Of a stretch of 64,000 bases of DNA, positions 24,480 to 35,405 are shown piece after piece. The stretch is taken from the NCBI GenBank assembly GCA_027923505.1, contig BROI01000006.1, positions 496,001-560,000 of the forward strand, written 5' to 3'. A model generated the notes under the pieces. That model saw nothing but the letters and a program-made list of their open reading frames with translations. It was not told the origin of the DNA and did no database searches. How positions within the stretch are numbered: position 1 is the first letter of the stretch; each line of letters begins with the position of its first letter. The position numbers and the translations under genes are program-made. The DNA is from Mayamaea pseudoterrestris. Taxonomy: Eukaryota.

Positions 24480-25024
24480 GGGTCTTTTAGCTTGTCGAGA
24501 GTTTGCAAAAACTCCGAACACACTTGAAAGTGTGAGCTTGGATGATCGCTGGCCGCAAAGGAAGAAACGTGACGAGAGGCCCATGGCATTGGGCGCGCCA
24601 TGGATTGGTTGGTGCTCGAGGCCGTGATGGAGTGGTCGCTTGTGCTCCGAGCATGAATGAGGCCGTTTCCTTCCACAGTCAATGTGAAAGTACAATGATG
24701 ACTCAGATGAGCAGCAACGAATGCCACGCAACCGAAGTCCATTGGTGAAAGCGAACAATGTTTGGTTCCACAAATCCATCGAGACAAATTGCCCACACAG
24801 TCAAAGCCTTGACGAGTTCATGCTAACAAGAGCTGCCAGGGCGAAGTCTATCGATATTGGAGCTACTATCGCCACTAAAAAAATGAGGAATGATGTCGTG
24901 AAATAAGGCTAAAAGAGAAAGCAACGAATTTTTGGAAGCGATCCCGTGTCGTCTTTTCGCGCGAGTTTCCATCGTTAATTTGCAATGATTTTCTAATCTA
25001 TCTGTTAAGCCAAGCAACTCATCT

Positions 25025-27424
25025 CTATTTCTTCTCTCCATTTGCCTGATCAAGTAGACGGTGCACTCCGGAAACAACGTCGTCTACATTCAGAAAAGTG
25101 GCCATGCTGCCTAGCGGGTTGTACGTTCGCGGTGCAGCCACATGCATCCAACACGCGGGCAGCTTTCCATCTTTATGAAGCGAAACTGCTGTATTGGAGA
25201 GCACATTGGAGCCCGGTCCATCCTTGCAAATGTCAGCAAACAGCAGTCCCTGATATTGCAGCGCTATATCCTTTAGCCCGGTCGGCACCTCACTGAGGTA
25301 CGGGCAATCAATAATATCCAACTCCGCCTCGCACGAGATGACTTTTAGCTCCACCAGTGCCTTGCGTGCCTGTAAGCATGTTACGACTCCGTTGCCGTAC
25401 GTTACCATGGCCCATATGCCTTTTGTTCCGTAGCGTTGAATCTCGTGAAAGCCCATCGCGGCGTACTCACCACAGTTGTTCGGGTAAACGCGCTCCCAAC
25501 CCTTGTCCGTGCCATGCAAATGCCTGCGATTGAGCAAGTCGGTGCAGTCAATGAGCATAACTACTCTCCCAGCCTGCGCCTGCAGTACAGCGTTTCGGAA
25601 TCCGCGCACATAGTCTTCGCCGTTGCTGTAGCATAACACATCCACTCCTGCAGGCATGTGTTGCAAGCTATTGTGTGTGTGAAAGTTTCCTCCAAAGAGT
25701 CCGCGATCAAACCCTTGAACGCGAATAATCATGCCATTGGGGCATTTTCCGGCACTGAGCCAATACATGGCAGCAATTTCGTAAAACATGTCAGCGCCAC
25801 AATCAAGGTATTTGGCGTATGGAATTTCGACCACGGGGATGAGCCCCATTTGCGCAAAACCAGCGGCAGCTCCCAGCAAAGAAGTTTCGTCTGGTGGAAA
25901 GTCCAGTATCCGATTGTTGAACCTGTTCTTGATGCCTTCTGTGACGACGTAGTAGCCTCCGTGACGGCAATCCTCGCCAAGATAGACAAGGTCATCGTGG
26001 CGCTCCATCACTTCCATGATGACGCGATTCATGTGCTTGCGCATGACTTCGCGCTTTCCACTCGAGTCTTTATCCAACGAAACGCATTGCATTTTACTCG
26101 GGAATGTAGGTACTACTACCATTGGCGCGCTTACTCTTGCCATCATATCATTCCGGTCCACCTTTGGTTCCTCGACAGCCAGGTCAAACGCATTCTGCAC
26201 CATGCACTGCAACTCTGCAAACAAGTCGCGGACGCTGGTGTAAGTTGTCGCATTGTATACTTCAACGGCTTGCACAATGGCGCTCTCCAAGAGGCGCGTC
26301 TTCTCAAATGCTGCAATATCGCCCTTTTCCAAATATGCCACTTGTCGATCCGTCGCCGCATGACCGAACCGACGCACCAAGCCGGTATAGTGAATCATTG
26401 ACGGAGCCGCATGCTTGCGACTATAATCAGTCGCTTCCTTGGTCGCACTATAAACATCCATCATGTCGTTGCCATTGGCGCCAAAGAGTGGCACCAATGA
26501 ATCGTTGCGAAACAAGGTATTTACATATCCTTCCGTCTTGTAGGAAATACTCAAACCATTGTCCGATATTCCAAAAACGACGGGGCACTTGATGCGCTTG
26601 TGTCGAGCATGTCGTGCTAAATGGTACGCCGACCAAAAGTGTGCATTATGTACGGATCCATCGCCGAGCGTGACAAAGGAAATGGGTCGCAATTGATTGC
26701 CACTTTCATCGACAAGCTTGCCTTGATCAATCAGCGAATACGCCAACGCCCGTCCCACGGCTGGACAGCATTGACTCGCCAGTGTACTCGTGACGATAAA
26801 GTCTCCGCCAATGCCTTTGCGAAGCTTGCCCGATCCAATCGAACAGTGCACGCCGCCAGTGACTGGATCGTTTCGACTGACCGTGTAGCCACGAGCGCGC
26901 TGCAGTAAAATGTCCTCCAGTGTTGCCATTACATCTTCTGTATCATTTTCTTCTATTTGTTTATTTAATTGTCGCGCAATATTAACTCCAACATGTCGAT
27001 AGTGCAGAGCGACGGCATCCGCTGGATTCAAAGCGTGGGCCGCAGCCGACAATGCTTCCTCGCCGCATGGACCAATCGTATAGTAGCCAACGCCGCAGAG
27101 ACTGGCGCGCCTTGATTCAACGTGCAGGGCAAACGTTGCAAGCATGGCAGTCAGTGACGTTTCAATTTGAGAGTTTGACATGACGTGCCTGTAGCCAGCG
27201 AGTGGAGGCTTGGGAGGCGTCACTTTCCGAGTAGCGTCGTTTCCATTCGCCTTGAGCTCCAAAAACTCCGTCAAGGCGACAGTAGCTCGATATTCTGCCA
27301 GCTGCTGGAATTCCTTGGCGAACGTGAGTCGGAGCTGACGCATATCGGTAGAAAGGAAGCGATTTGTATGTTGCAGTACAAGCGAATCTGAAATGCGGAG
27401 GAGTCGACGCCTCCATGAATACAT
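25025..27424 (-). CDS. ThDP-dependent 2-oxoacid dehydrogenase E1, fused alpha+beta (2-oxoisovalerate dehydrogenase-like), probably mitochondrial
   Basis: Alpha part: YTIGPCGEE, LHYR, GDGS...DNGLSIS and RRFGHAATD. Beta part: YLGEDCRHGGYY..T, DFPPDETSLLG, PVVEI and GGNFHT. N-terminus MYSWRRRLLR. Confidence 0.85.
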   Translation of the reverse strand: MYSWRRRLLRISDSLVLQHTNRFLSTDMRQLRLTFAKEFQQLAEYRATVALTEFLELKANGNDATRKVTPPKPPLAGYRHVMSNSQIETSLTAMLATFALHVESRRASLCGVGYYTIGPCGEEALSAAAHALNPADAVALHYRHVGVNIARQLNKQIEENDTEDVMATLEDILLQRARGYTVSRNDPVTGGVHCSIGSGKLRKGIGGDFIVTSTLASQCCPAVGRALAYSLIDQGKLVDESGNQLRPISFVTLGDGSVHNAHFWSAYHLARHARHKRIKCPVVFGISDNGLSISYKTEGYVNTLFRNDSLVPLFGANGNDMMDVYSATKEATDYSRKHAAPSMIHYTGLVRRFGHAATDRQVAYLEKGDIAAFEKTRLLESAIVQAVEVYNATTYTSVRDLFAELQCMVQNAFDLAVEEPKVDRNDMMARVSAPMVVVPTFPSKMQCVSLDKDSSGKREVMRKHMNRVIMEVMERHDDLVYLGEDCRHGGYYVVTEGIKNRFNNRILDFPPDETSLLGAAAGFAQMGLIPVVEIPYAKYLDCGADMFYEIAAMYWLSAGKCPNGMIIRVQGFDRGLFGGNFHTHNSLQHMPAGVDVLCYSNGEDYVRGFRNAVLQAQAGRVVMLIDCTDLLNRRHLHGTDKGWERVYPNNCGEYAAMGFHEIQRYGTKGIWAMVTYGNGVVTCLQARKALVELKVISCEAELDIIDCPYLSEVPTGLKDIALQYQGLLFADICKDGPGSNVLSNTAVSLHKDGKLPACWMHVAAPRTYNPLGSMATFLNVDDVVSGVHRLLDQANGEKK

Positions 27425-27824
27425 AATTTTTGCCCCGTAATTGAAATAAATGCAGCAGTAGACACGTCGGCCCAACTCATAAAGCAGTTGCTCGAGTCCG
27501 TCCCAAGATTGCGTGAGATCTGTCTTGTCTTGCTGTGTTTATGGAGCGTTTCTGTCATGGTCAAGCGAGAAAGAACTTTCGTGTCGTCGGCGTCAACTTA
27601 TTGTCGCAGCGGTACAAGAATCAGCAATCGGTCTGAAAACTGGCGTACCGGTATGCTGGCAGTCTTAACAAAGTAAGGGAAGAACAACTCTATATAGTTA
27701 CTATGAGGACTAACCATAACACCTACAGTCAAAAAATCAGCCGAGACGCATGGGCGCAAAGTGAAGAAAAACTTAGCTGGGCACCACATTGCTGAAATGA
27801 TCGAATCGTAAAATATTCACATTA

Positions 27825-29312
27825 TCAATGATCGTGCTTACTTGCTATCTTACGATCTATCGTATCATCCTGAGAATACTTGGGAGATTCACGTCTGGTG
27901 CTTGTCGTGTCGTCGGGGAATCGTGGTAGGCCAGGTCGAGTTGCCGCTGTCCGACTGATAGCACCGCGTGCCCTATAAGCACCCATAGGGAAGCCAATGC
28001 TGGTAGTTTCTATCGACTTACACAGATCTGGCTTGAGACAGAAGGGGCTTTCACTGTTACTAGGCTCAATATGATGGTCAACGGCGCTCACGTCACTCTC
28101 TTGGTTGGGTTTGTCACGGTTTGTCCCGGAAGGAGCGTTGGATGATGGCTTTGCATTCTTATCGGACTCTAGTATTTTGCCTTCCTCTTCCTTCTCCACC
28201 GCAGCTCCGTTCAACATCCACCCTCCTCCTCGAAGAGACTGGCTAAGCTTCTTGATGGCTTCTGCATTTCCCACTTCATGATACCAAATACTCGGGCTAT
28301 CATTGTCAGTACTCTCATGCTCCTGCAAAAATCGCCCATTTCGAACGCGAAAGTAGTTGACCAAGTTGGCTGCCAGTAGCTTCTTGTCTCCCTTGGCAGC
28401 AGCCTTGTAAGCTTGCTTGTACTTGGTCACAATGTCTCGATAAAAGACGTTGCCAGGGTGTTTGGGTGCATTCTTGGTGCGTCCCATTAGAATATCGCGG
28501 CTCGTTGGAGCAAGAATGCGAGTCACTGGATCAGGATCAACGAAGTTGTGAAGTGGAAAGCCCGTTGAGCCATCCGCAGGAGCGACAAAGTGTCCATGCT
28601 TTTGCAACAGTGGAGCCACGCCAGCCGGCAAAAGAAGCGGATGTGGATGCTGGTCAAGCTCGTTCAGACGAGCAAAGGGCTGCTTGACTCTTTGTCGCTT
28701 GTTAGGCGAGTAAGACCAGATAAAAGGTGGAGCATGCGGATTGGTCGCCGACACGGCAATGCATTGCTGGCCGACGTATTTCTTTGTTCCTAAAGAAGGC
28801 TTGGGTTTAATGTCGACGTAGGGTTGCCCATAAGGTAGATTCTGATGTGCAGGATTTCGTCTCGGTTGCTGCGGAATTCGAAACCGCTGATTATCAGTAT
28901 TTGTACGAGTAGGAAAAGCTGGGGAAAGCAGCTGTCTTTCAGCAGCGAGTCGTTCTGCAGGACTCGGCGCGGCATTTGCAGTCCCTTTCATCTCCCCGCT
29001 TGATGTCTTTGTCCCACTCTTGAAACCAAGGACAATGTCACGAACGTGATCAGAAGGTTTACTTGTCGCATCAGTCGTCGACGGAGCGGATGTAGCGAGA
29101 TCCGGAAAGAGAGTCGCTTCATTGCCGCTAACATTATGATTAAAGTCATGGTCTTGAGGTTCTGCATCATCAAACTGTCCGGGGACAATGTCATGCTCTG
29201 GCAACGGATCTTCCTTCCTGACGCCAAGAGGCGACGATGCAGCAGATGCTAGCGAGTCGACACCATGAAACGGATCATCGTCTATTCCATTTGACCTTGT
29301 CATTGTCATCAT
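27825..29312 (-). CDS. DUF6824-like domain protein
   Basis: DILMGR...HPGNVFYRDIV...Y....KGDKKLLA..LV......NGRFL...W...A.KK.SQSLR pattern, embedded in disordered sequence. Confidence 0.75.
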   Translation of the reverse strand: MMTMTRSNGIDDDPFHGVDSLASAASSPLGVRKEDPLPEHDIVPGQFDDAEPQDHDFNHNVSGNEATLFPDLATSAPSTTDATSKPSDHVRDIVLGFKSGTKTSSGEMKGTANAAPSPAERLAAERQLLSPAFPTRTNTDNQRFRIPQQPRRNPAHQNLPYGQPYVDIKPKPSLGTKKYVGQQCIAVSATNPHAPPFIWSYSPNKRQRVKQPFARLNELDQHPHPLLLPAGVAPLLQKHGHFVAPADGSTGFPLHNFVDPDPVTRILAPTSRDILMGRTKNAPKHPGNVFYRDIVTKYKQAYKAAAKGDKKLLAANLVNYFRVRNGRFLQEHESTDNDSPSIWYHEVGNAEAIKKLSQSLRGGGWMLNGAAVEKEEEGKILESDKNAKPSSNAPSGTNRDKPNQESDVSAVDHHIEPSNSESPFCLKPDLCKSIETTSIGFPMGAYRARGAISRTAATRPGLPRFPDDTTSTRRESPKYSQDDTIDRKIASKHDH

Positions 29313-30073
29313 TTTTCTGTCCGCTGCCGCTTCTTCTTGTGCGCGCCCATTGTGACCCTTTGCGAAACTCCGTTTGGAGCTCCCCGACGAACATGCAACG
29401 AACCTGCATCATCACACTGTCGCCATCGATCCTCGCGACGCCATGCGCGCCATGGTGGTTGCGGGAGTCCTCAATGTGAAAGAGGACTCCCGCGAAACAG
29501 ACATTACTGTGAAGCAAAGAGTGCCTTTAAATGACCCAACTGTGACTTGAATTTCCGTCACAGAAGTACCGCAACGACATTTTCCTAGCTATCCGCATTT
29601 TTTAATTTCTATATACGTGAAAGATAGCCTGCGCAAACTTTGTCGTGTACCAATAGCAAAGCAAGTAATTCTTTGGCTTTTGATCCTCTTAACAATGCCT
29701 CGAGCGACTCCTTTTGCCCCAAATTGTTCCTGCCACGCAAAAGAGTCCAATGGAGCTGCCGGAGCCTTGCCAAACATGTTTTGCATAATCATGATTTTAT
29801 CGTCAGCACCTTGATGCTGCAAGTCAAATGCGGCGGTAATGACCCGTGAACGGTGAATGCGAGTGTATGCCTACATCGTGCAAGAATTGGTCATTTCTAA
29901 TCGATTACATTCATATCTCCTACAGCTCAGTCGCTTGTCGCAACATTGAAGTCATCGTCTTAAATCACTGCCAATGCTATTTGTCGTACATAACCGCATG
30001 TAGTACTATAGACGAACTCAAGATATAAGAGCATGCCCGCGAGTTACAGACATGGCTCAAGTTGCGTGACGCG

Positions 30074-31697
30074 TCAAGCCTCTGCAGTTTCCTTCGTGAC
30101 GCCTTCCCGACACTCGAGTTGTATGACACCTTTTTTAATATTCTCGTCCAAGCGACTCACGCGACATGGTCGTTTGATCAAAGGCTCAATAATCCGTCGA
30201 TTTTTGTCAACGTCGCCACAGTCGTTGAGCCAGACGGATTCGTCGACGCGGGTACGCAAAAAGCACATGGATTCGTCCTCCTCAATGTCAATGCCAAGCG
30301 CATGAATGGCGGGGAAAATGGTGAGATCCAAAAAGTACTCGTCTTGCATTCCATGTCCAGGACGTGCATTGGCGATCATGCGAACGTGCTGGTCGATGCG
30401 TCGAAAGCGCTCTGCTGCCCATATTCGAACGGCAGGAGCTGGTCCATATATCATTCGATCATTGACTGGCCACTTGGCAAAGCCTGGCACTACGGCAGTT
30501 TTTTGTATCATGGCGCTGGAAGTAGCATCTCCGTTGACGCTGTAAATGTTAATTGGCGTCACAAATGCAACGTCGGAGCGAAGCATGGCAACACGAGTAT
30601 ATTCAATGCCTTGCTCCGTTTCATATTCCTTCATGAGCTGCGAAACTGCCGACAAGCCGTCCCACATGCGTATAATCTGATGTAAACGAGGGAACGAAAT
30701 AATGAGCGGTATATCATCGCAGCGTGCAGTTCGATTGGCACGTATGACAAGTACGTACATTATCAGTCGTTGTCGGGTAAACGTATGACTTCTCCTTGTA
30801 CGGAAAATAAACATATCGGCCTCGACTATCCTTAGCGCTTCGTGTCTTGTTGATGAATTCGCCTCGACGTTCAAAAAAGTCCTCCTCCGTCGTCTTTGTA
30901 AAGCGTACAACTGGAGTATGCGAGCCACCGGTACCAACTTTTGTTGCCTGCTCGCTAGCTACTTGCTTGACAGCATCTTCAAGCTCAAACACTTCCTTTG
31001 GATTCAAAACTCCTCCTTTTCCAGACCGTGATGGTGCTTCCTGCTCCAAATAATGATAGTGCACAAAAAAGTCGCATTGATAGGGAGCATTCGGCTTGAG
31101 AACATTTTCAATAAGCGTCGGAAGTACCAAGGCGGAAAAGGCGCGCGGAAGTCCCCAAAAGCAAATGGCGCAGCGTTCTGGTGTCTTTGCTGTATATATT
31201 GGTCGAGGTTGGCCATTGGGGAGTTTCGTGGCGCCCGACGTCCAATGCTGCTTATTGGACTTGCGGCCGCCTCCTTGATGCGACAGCTGACTGGTTAATT
31301 GCTGCTGCTTTTCACCATTTTGTGACTGATGCATCTGCTGAACTGGTAGTTGCTGCTCTTGCTCCTTCCTTTGTAGTTGCTGCTGCTGTTTTCTGCGTGG
31401 ATTGCGAATGCCTTCATTGCGCTTGCTGCTGCTAGGAGTGCTGTAGATTGCCACATTTTCCATGAGCGCTCGACCAAAGTACCGGTCCATCGAAAAGATT
31501 CCTAGCGACCCAAGCCCAAACAGAGCCATTACTTTCCATGTCTTTAAATCCCGTAGCGAGCGACGACGTTGATTTGATGCTAAAGTTGAGGACGGACAGC
31601 GAGAGCTTGACTGAGATGATGATGCGGATGCGGCAGATGAGCATGTGGGCGAGCCTGTTACCGTCTGGCTGCGACGGTTTCTGCTACCTGAGAACAT
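30074..31697 (-). CDS. Uncharacterised type II membrane protein, glycosyltransferase-like (paralogue of 15514-16764); 2 exons: 31697-30759, 30676-30074
   Basis: TM segment (VMALFGLGSLGIF) and Gln-rich stem; CAICFWGLPRAFSALVLP, DFFVHY, RVAMLRSDV, VNDRMIYGP. Confidence 0.75.
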
Positions 31698-32083
31698 GAT
31701 GACTAATAAAATTTAAGCGAGTTAGGTATACAATTGGGCAGCAAAGGATGGGCCGGCTATATTCTTCTCTTCAGCGCTGCTCGTCATCACAACATGGCGC
31801 AGCTCGTCGGAGTCGTTGTCGTCGTGAATACCGCTGCGATGATTGAGCAACTTTTTTAAAGCTGTCAACGGTCACGCGCGAGCCATGCCAGTGCGAAGGC
31901 TATCGCCAAAACACGAGCGTCCAACTCATCGCGAGCACCTATCAGCTTTTGCACACACGCAACATCATATTCTTGTCCTTGCACAAACGAAAGAACACTA
32001 CTGGTCATTAAAGAGATTACCATCTCATTCTTAATAGATTTTGTAAGGCAAAGTGGAGGTAGATCATCGCTTTATGTGCAACC

Positions 32084-33784
32084 ATGGCCTCAACAATGAA
32101 GTACCTGGTGGCTGCAATCTCAAGCCTATCGCTTGCATTGCTGCTGTCTACGTCGAATACGCTTCAGACAGTGTATAAGCTTGGAATGAGCGCCAAGAGT
32201 AGTGATCCCTTTGCGTCAAGTGAAACGACAATTACCAAGCCAAGTGTGAGAAGCATCAAATATACAACGAACATTCGCAGTTCCTTGAATGACGACGAAG
32301 CTACACAGACAGCAACGACGAAAGAATTGCTCACGGATTCCGTTGAATTAAACAGCATGTCTTTAGATGATAAGGCAGCAAATCCTTCGACCAGTGGCTC
32401 CGCTTCTCCGCCAGTGGACGCAGCACCAAGGGCAGCATCTGCCAGTTCACCTTCACTACCAGACGTTGTTTTTAAATATCCGCTCAATGCAACCAGGATT
32501 GATGGGCACACTGTTCCAATACCACTTCGGGTCATGGAGAGATACGTTCAGCAACATTCGGTGGATGCACTTCGTAACGACCCGCACCCAGAACATCGCA
32601 GATATGCCATTGCCTTTACGCAATGCCCTTTGCAGGTAAGCAGGGAGTGTTTTGAGTGCGCCATATGTTAACAATACGAATTCGCTTTATTTAATACCCT
32701 TCGATATTCAAAGGCAGGCAATCACGCACACATCTTTTGGAACGGCATTCTCTGGTCCATTTTGACGAATCGGACGGTCCTATACAAGTACTGGGACCAA
32801 GAAACCTGCCTCAAACATGGCCAGAATATACACAAGCACATTTGCAAGATGGCCAACACGGAGGCTGACTGTGCACAAGTGCTTGTGCGAGCACCCTGGA
32901 TTGCATCGTACGACGAGTGGAAACATGTCTTTGATGAGGATGGGGAACCCTTTCAAATACCGTACCACGCAACAATGGGTCGGTCTCGTGACGAGCCTCG
33001 TTTTCCTGTGCCCGACAACTACGAAGAAAGTTATGGCGTTGACCTCGTTTCAAAGTACCCGCAACGGCTCGTTATCTTTAGCGAGTGCTACTCCAAGTTC
33101 CAGCAACTCGCCAATAGTGCATTGCAAGAGACAGTTTTGTTGAGCGAATACGGCCGAAAAACTGTGGTTGAGCTGTTCAGTCGAGGCGACAATTTTCTTT
33201 ACGGTATGCTTCATCGGTACACTTTTGAACTGGCCGCACCGCTACGAGCAAAGGTGCTAGAATCGACGCCGACACTTTTAAACGACACGGACTATTACAC
33301 CATCGGACTACACTCGCGACACAGATTTGACAGCCTCGATGGCTGCGACATTAGCCGTGAAATTGATTGTTTCAGGCAAGTCTTGTCGTCGCCACGACGC
33401 GACAAGTCACTTCCGGTGAAGGTGGGTCTTATGAGCGACAGAACTTGCACTGTTGACAAACTGACGTCCTATCTGGAGCAAAAGAATATCACTGTTGTAG
33501 CAGCAAAGCACGACGAACCAAGTCCAGACACTAAAGTCGAACATGGACCCTTTGCGGGCGCTGCCTTCTTTGTTGACATGGCCATAGTATCCGCTGCGCG
33601 GTCAGCCTTCATCGCCATGAGCCGATCGTCATCCGACTTGATGAGAGAGTTGATTGTGTTTGACCAAATAATGGAGCGGTGGGAAGCCAGACTCGATAAT
33701 AGTCAAGATAGGGTTACACAATGCACGCTCCCTTATATAAGCGACCCCGACGCGAAGAAGAAGGGCGAAGTGGCTGACGCCTAA
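32084..33784 (+). CDS. Fucosyltransferase-like (GT-B, GT23/GT37/O-FucT-like) type II membrane protein; 2 exons: 32084-32635, 32714-33784
   Basis: N-terminal anchor; CPLQ|AGN...NGILWSILTNRT (GxGN-like), TIGLHSRH (motif I, H-x-R), LMSD (motif II) and DMAIVSAARSAFIAMSRSSS (motif III-like). Confidence 0.6.
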
Positions 33785-34195
33785 TGAATTGGGTCAACAA
33801 TTGATACGATACGATTCTACTTGCTTAACGAACCTTCGCAGGCTGCTGCGTATTTGCACACGCTGACGGCGACTTCCTTCTTCATTATATACCACCGAAA
33901 ACCCTTTTTTAGATATACATTTTAGATTATGTGTTGCTGTGTCTGGCTTTGACCTTCAAAAACACACATTACCTTGCACAATCAAGCACAGATAGACTAT
34001 GCGCTACAGCCGCGACGAAACAACAAGCATCGCTGCACACATGCGCCATGTTTCTCTATCACGTCGAATTGGGATGCAAGGCGTCGAGTGTTGTCTGCAC
34101 GAAATGAGCAAAAGACGATATTTTCTAACTGCTTTGCTTAATATTTTAGATTGTAGATTTACCACCATATGGCCCGTTATGAAACCGCTTACTGT

Positions 34196-34936
34196 TTATT
34201 TCGATGCCGCCTTTTCCAATTCCTGCGGTAACCACGGACGGAAAAGTTTGAGCTGCTTGTCCGTGTAAAGGCACGGAGTCAGCGGCGGCAGTGGGAAGGT
34301 TGGAACCGACAGAGCCGTATCGGCAATGATTTGCGGACGAACTTGCCAGGCTTCCTGAGTTGGGGAGGGTTTAGAGTGTTTGATCATGGTTTCAGGTTCC
34401 GTTTCCGCCGTCATGATGCTGTACGCATCCTTTCGGTCGCTAGCATCCACGACACTGTCAAAATCGGAATCGGAATCGCCCATTGACATTGTCGAGCAAG
34501 TCGAGAACGACTTGTCGAGTCCAACGCAATTCGAAGAATCGTCATTAAGCAGCAATATGCCATTGTCATATTCGCTGCCGACGGTAAATCGGTCATCATT
34601 GTCCAGACTTGTATCGTCGTCGCGCTCAAAAATGCTGGACGTCAGCAAGACTCCATGTGGCGATGATTCAACTTGATCGCAAGAGCCCCACCACAAAGGC
34701 AGTCGCGAGATGAATATCGTTTCCCTGCCAATCATGTAGCCAGGGTGGTCAGAAAGCAATCGATCAAGGAAAAGGTCGTCCTCAAACACACCATACTCGC
34801 ACGACTGCTCGCGACAGTGACAGCGATGGATGCGAGTATCGAGTGAGCGTTTCACCGACGAGTCGCAAATATCAGCCATCTTTACTGGTCGGTGGAAAAA
34901 GTTGTACGTGTTAAAGCCTGCAATGTTGGACGTCAT
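34196..34936 (-). CDS. Hypothetical protein (246 aa, Asp/Ser-rich)
   Basis: ATG-initiated ORF filling the gap between neighbours; no recognisable domain. Confidence 0.5.
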   Translation of the reverse strand: MTSNIAGFNTYNFFHRPVKMADICDSSVKRSLDTRIHRCHCREQSCEYGVFEDDLFLDRLLSDHPGYMIGRETIFISRLPLWWGSCDQVESSPHGVLLTSSIFERDDDTSLDNDDRFTVGSEYDNGILLLNDDSSNCVGLDKSFSTCSTMSMGDSDSDFDSVVDASDRKDAYSIMTAETEPETMIKHSKPSPTQEAWQVRPQIIADTALSVPTFPLPPLTPCLYTDKQLKLFRPWLPQELEKAASK

Positions 34937-35405
34937 AATGGTTTAGATATAGGTCGTTGCGCAAGTCGTAGGTCGTAGTCGTAGGGTCAATCGCGTATCG
35001 CGGTTGTGTTATTCGACGCGATTAGTTGTCGTTTCAATAGTGCTGTCTTCGTTTCGCGAAGCGAGAGAGTGAGAGACTTGCAACCGGTTGCCCTGCCATG
35101 TACGTCTGAAAAGAAACGGCTCGGCATCTTGATGCTTTCACGACTGCACCTCCATGGTGACGAGATGAGAGCAAGTAACGATCGCCAAAATCTCGAGACT
35201 TTAATACCAGTACGACGTTTGATTCCGAAGTGAGACTCGCAGTCAACGGGACATCGCGCAGCGAGATCAAAGCATTTGCAGCGAGCAAGCACATGGGAAC
35301 ACGACGAGACTGTAGATTTTCTCTTGTCAAAGTAATCTACACGGAAGAATATCTCTACAGAGTTCCCTGCTTGCACTAGCAGCGTCACATAGTATCATTG
35401 GAACG

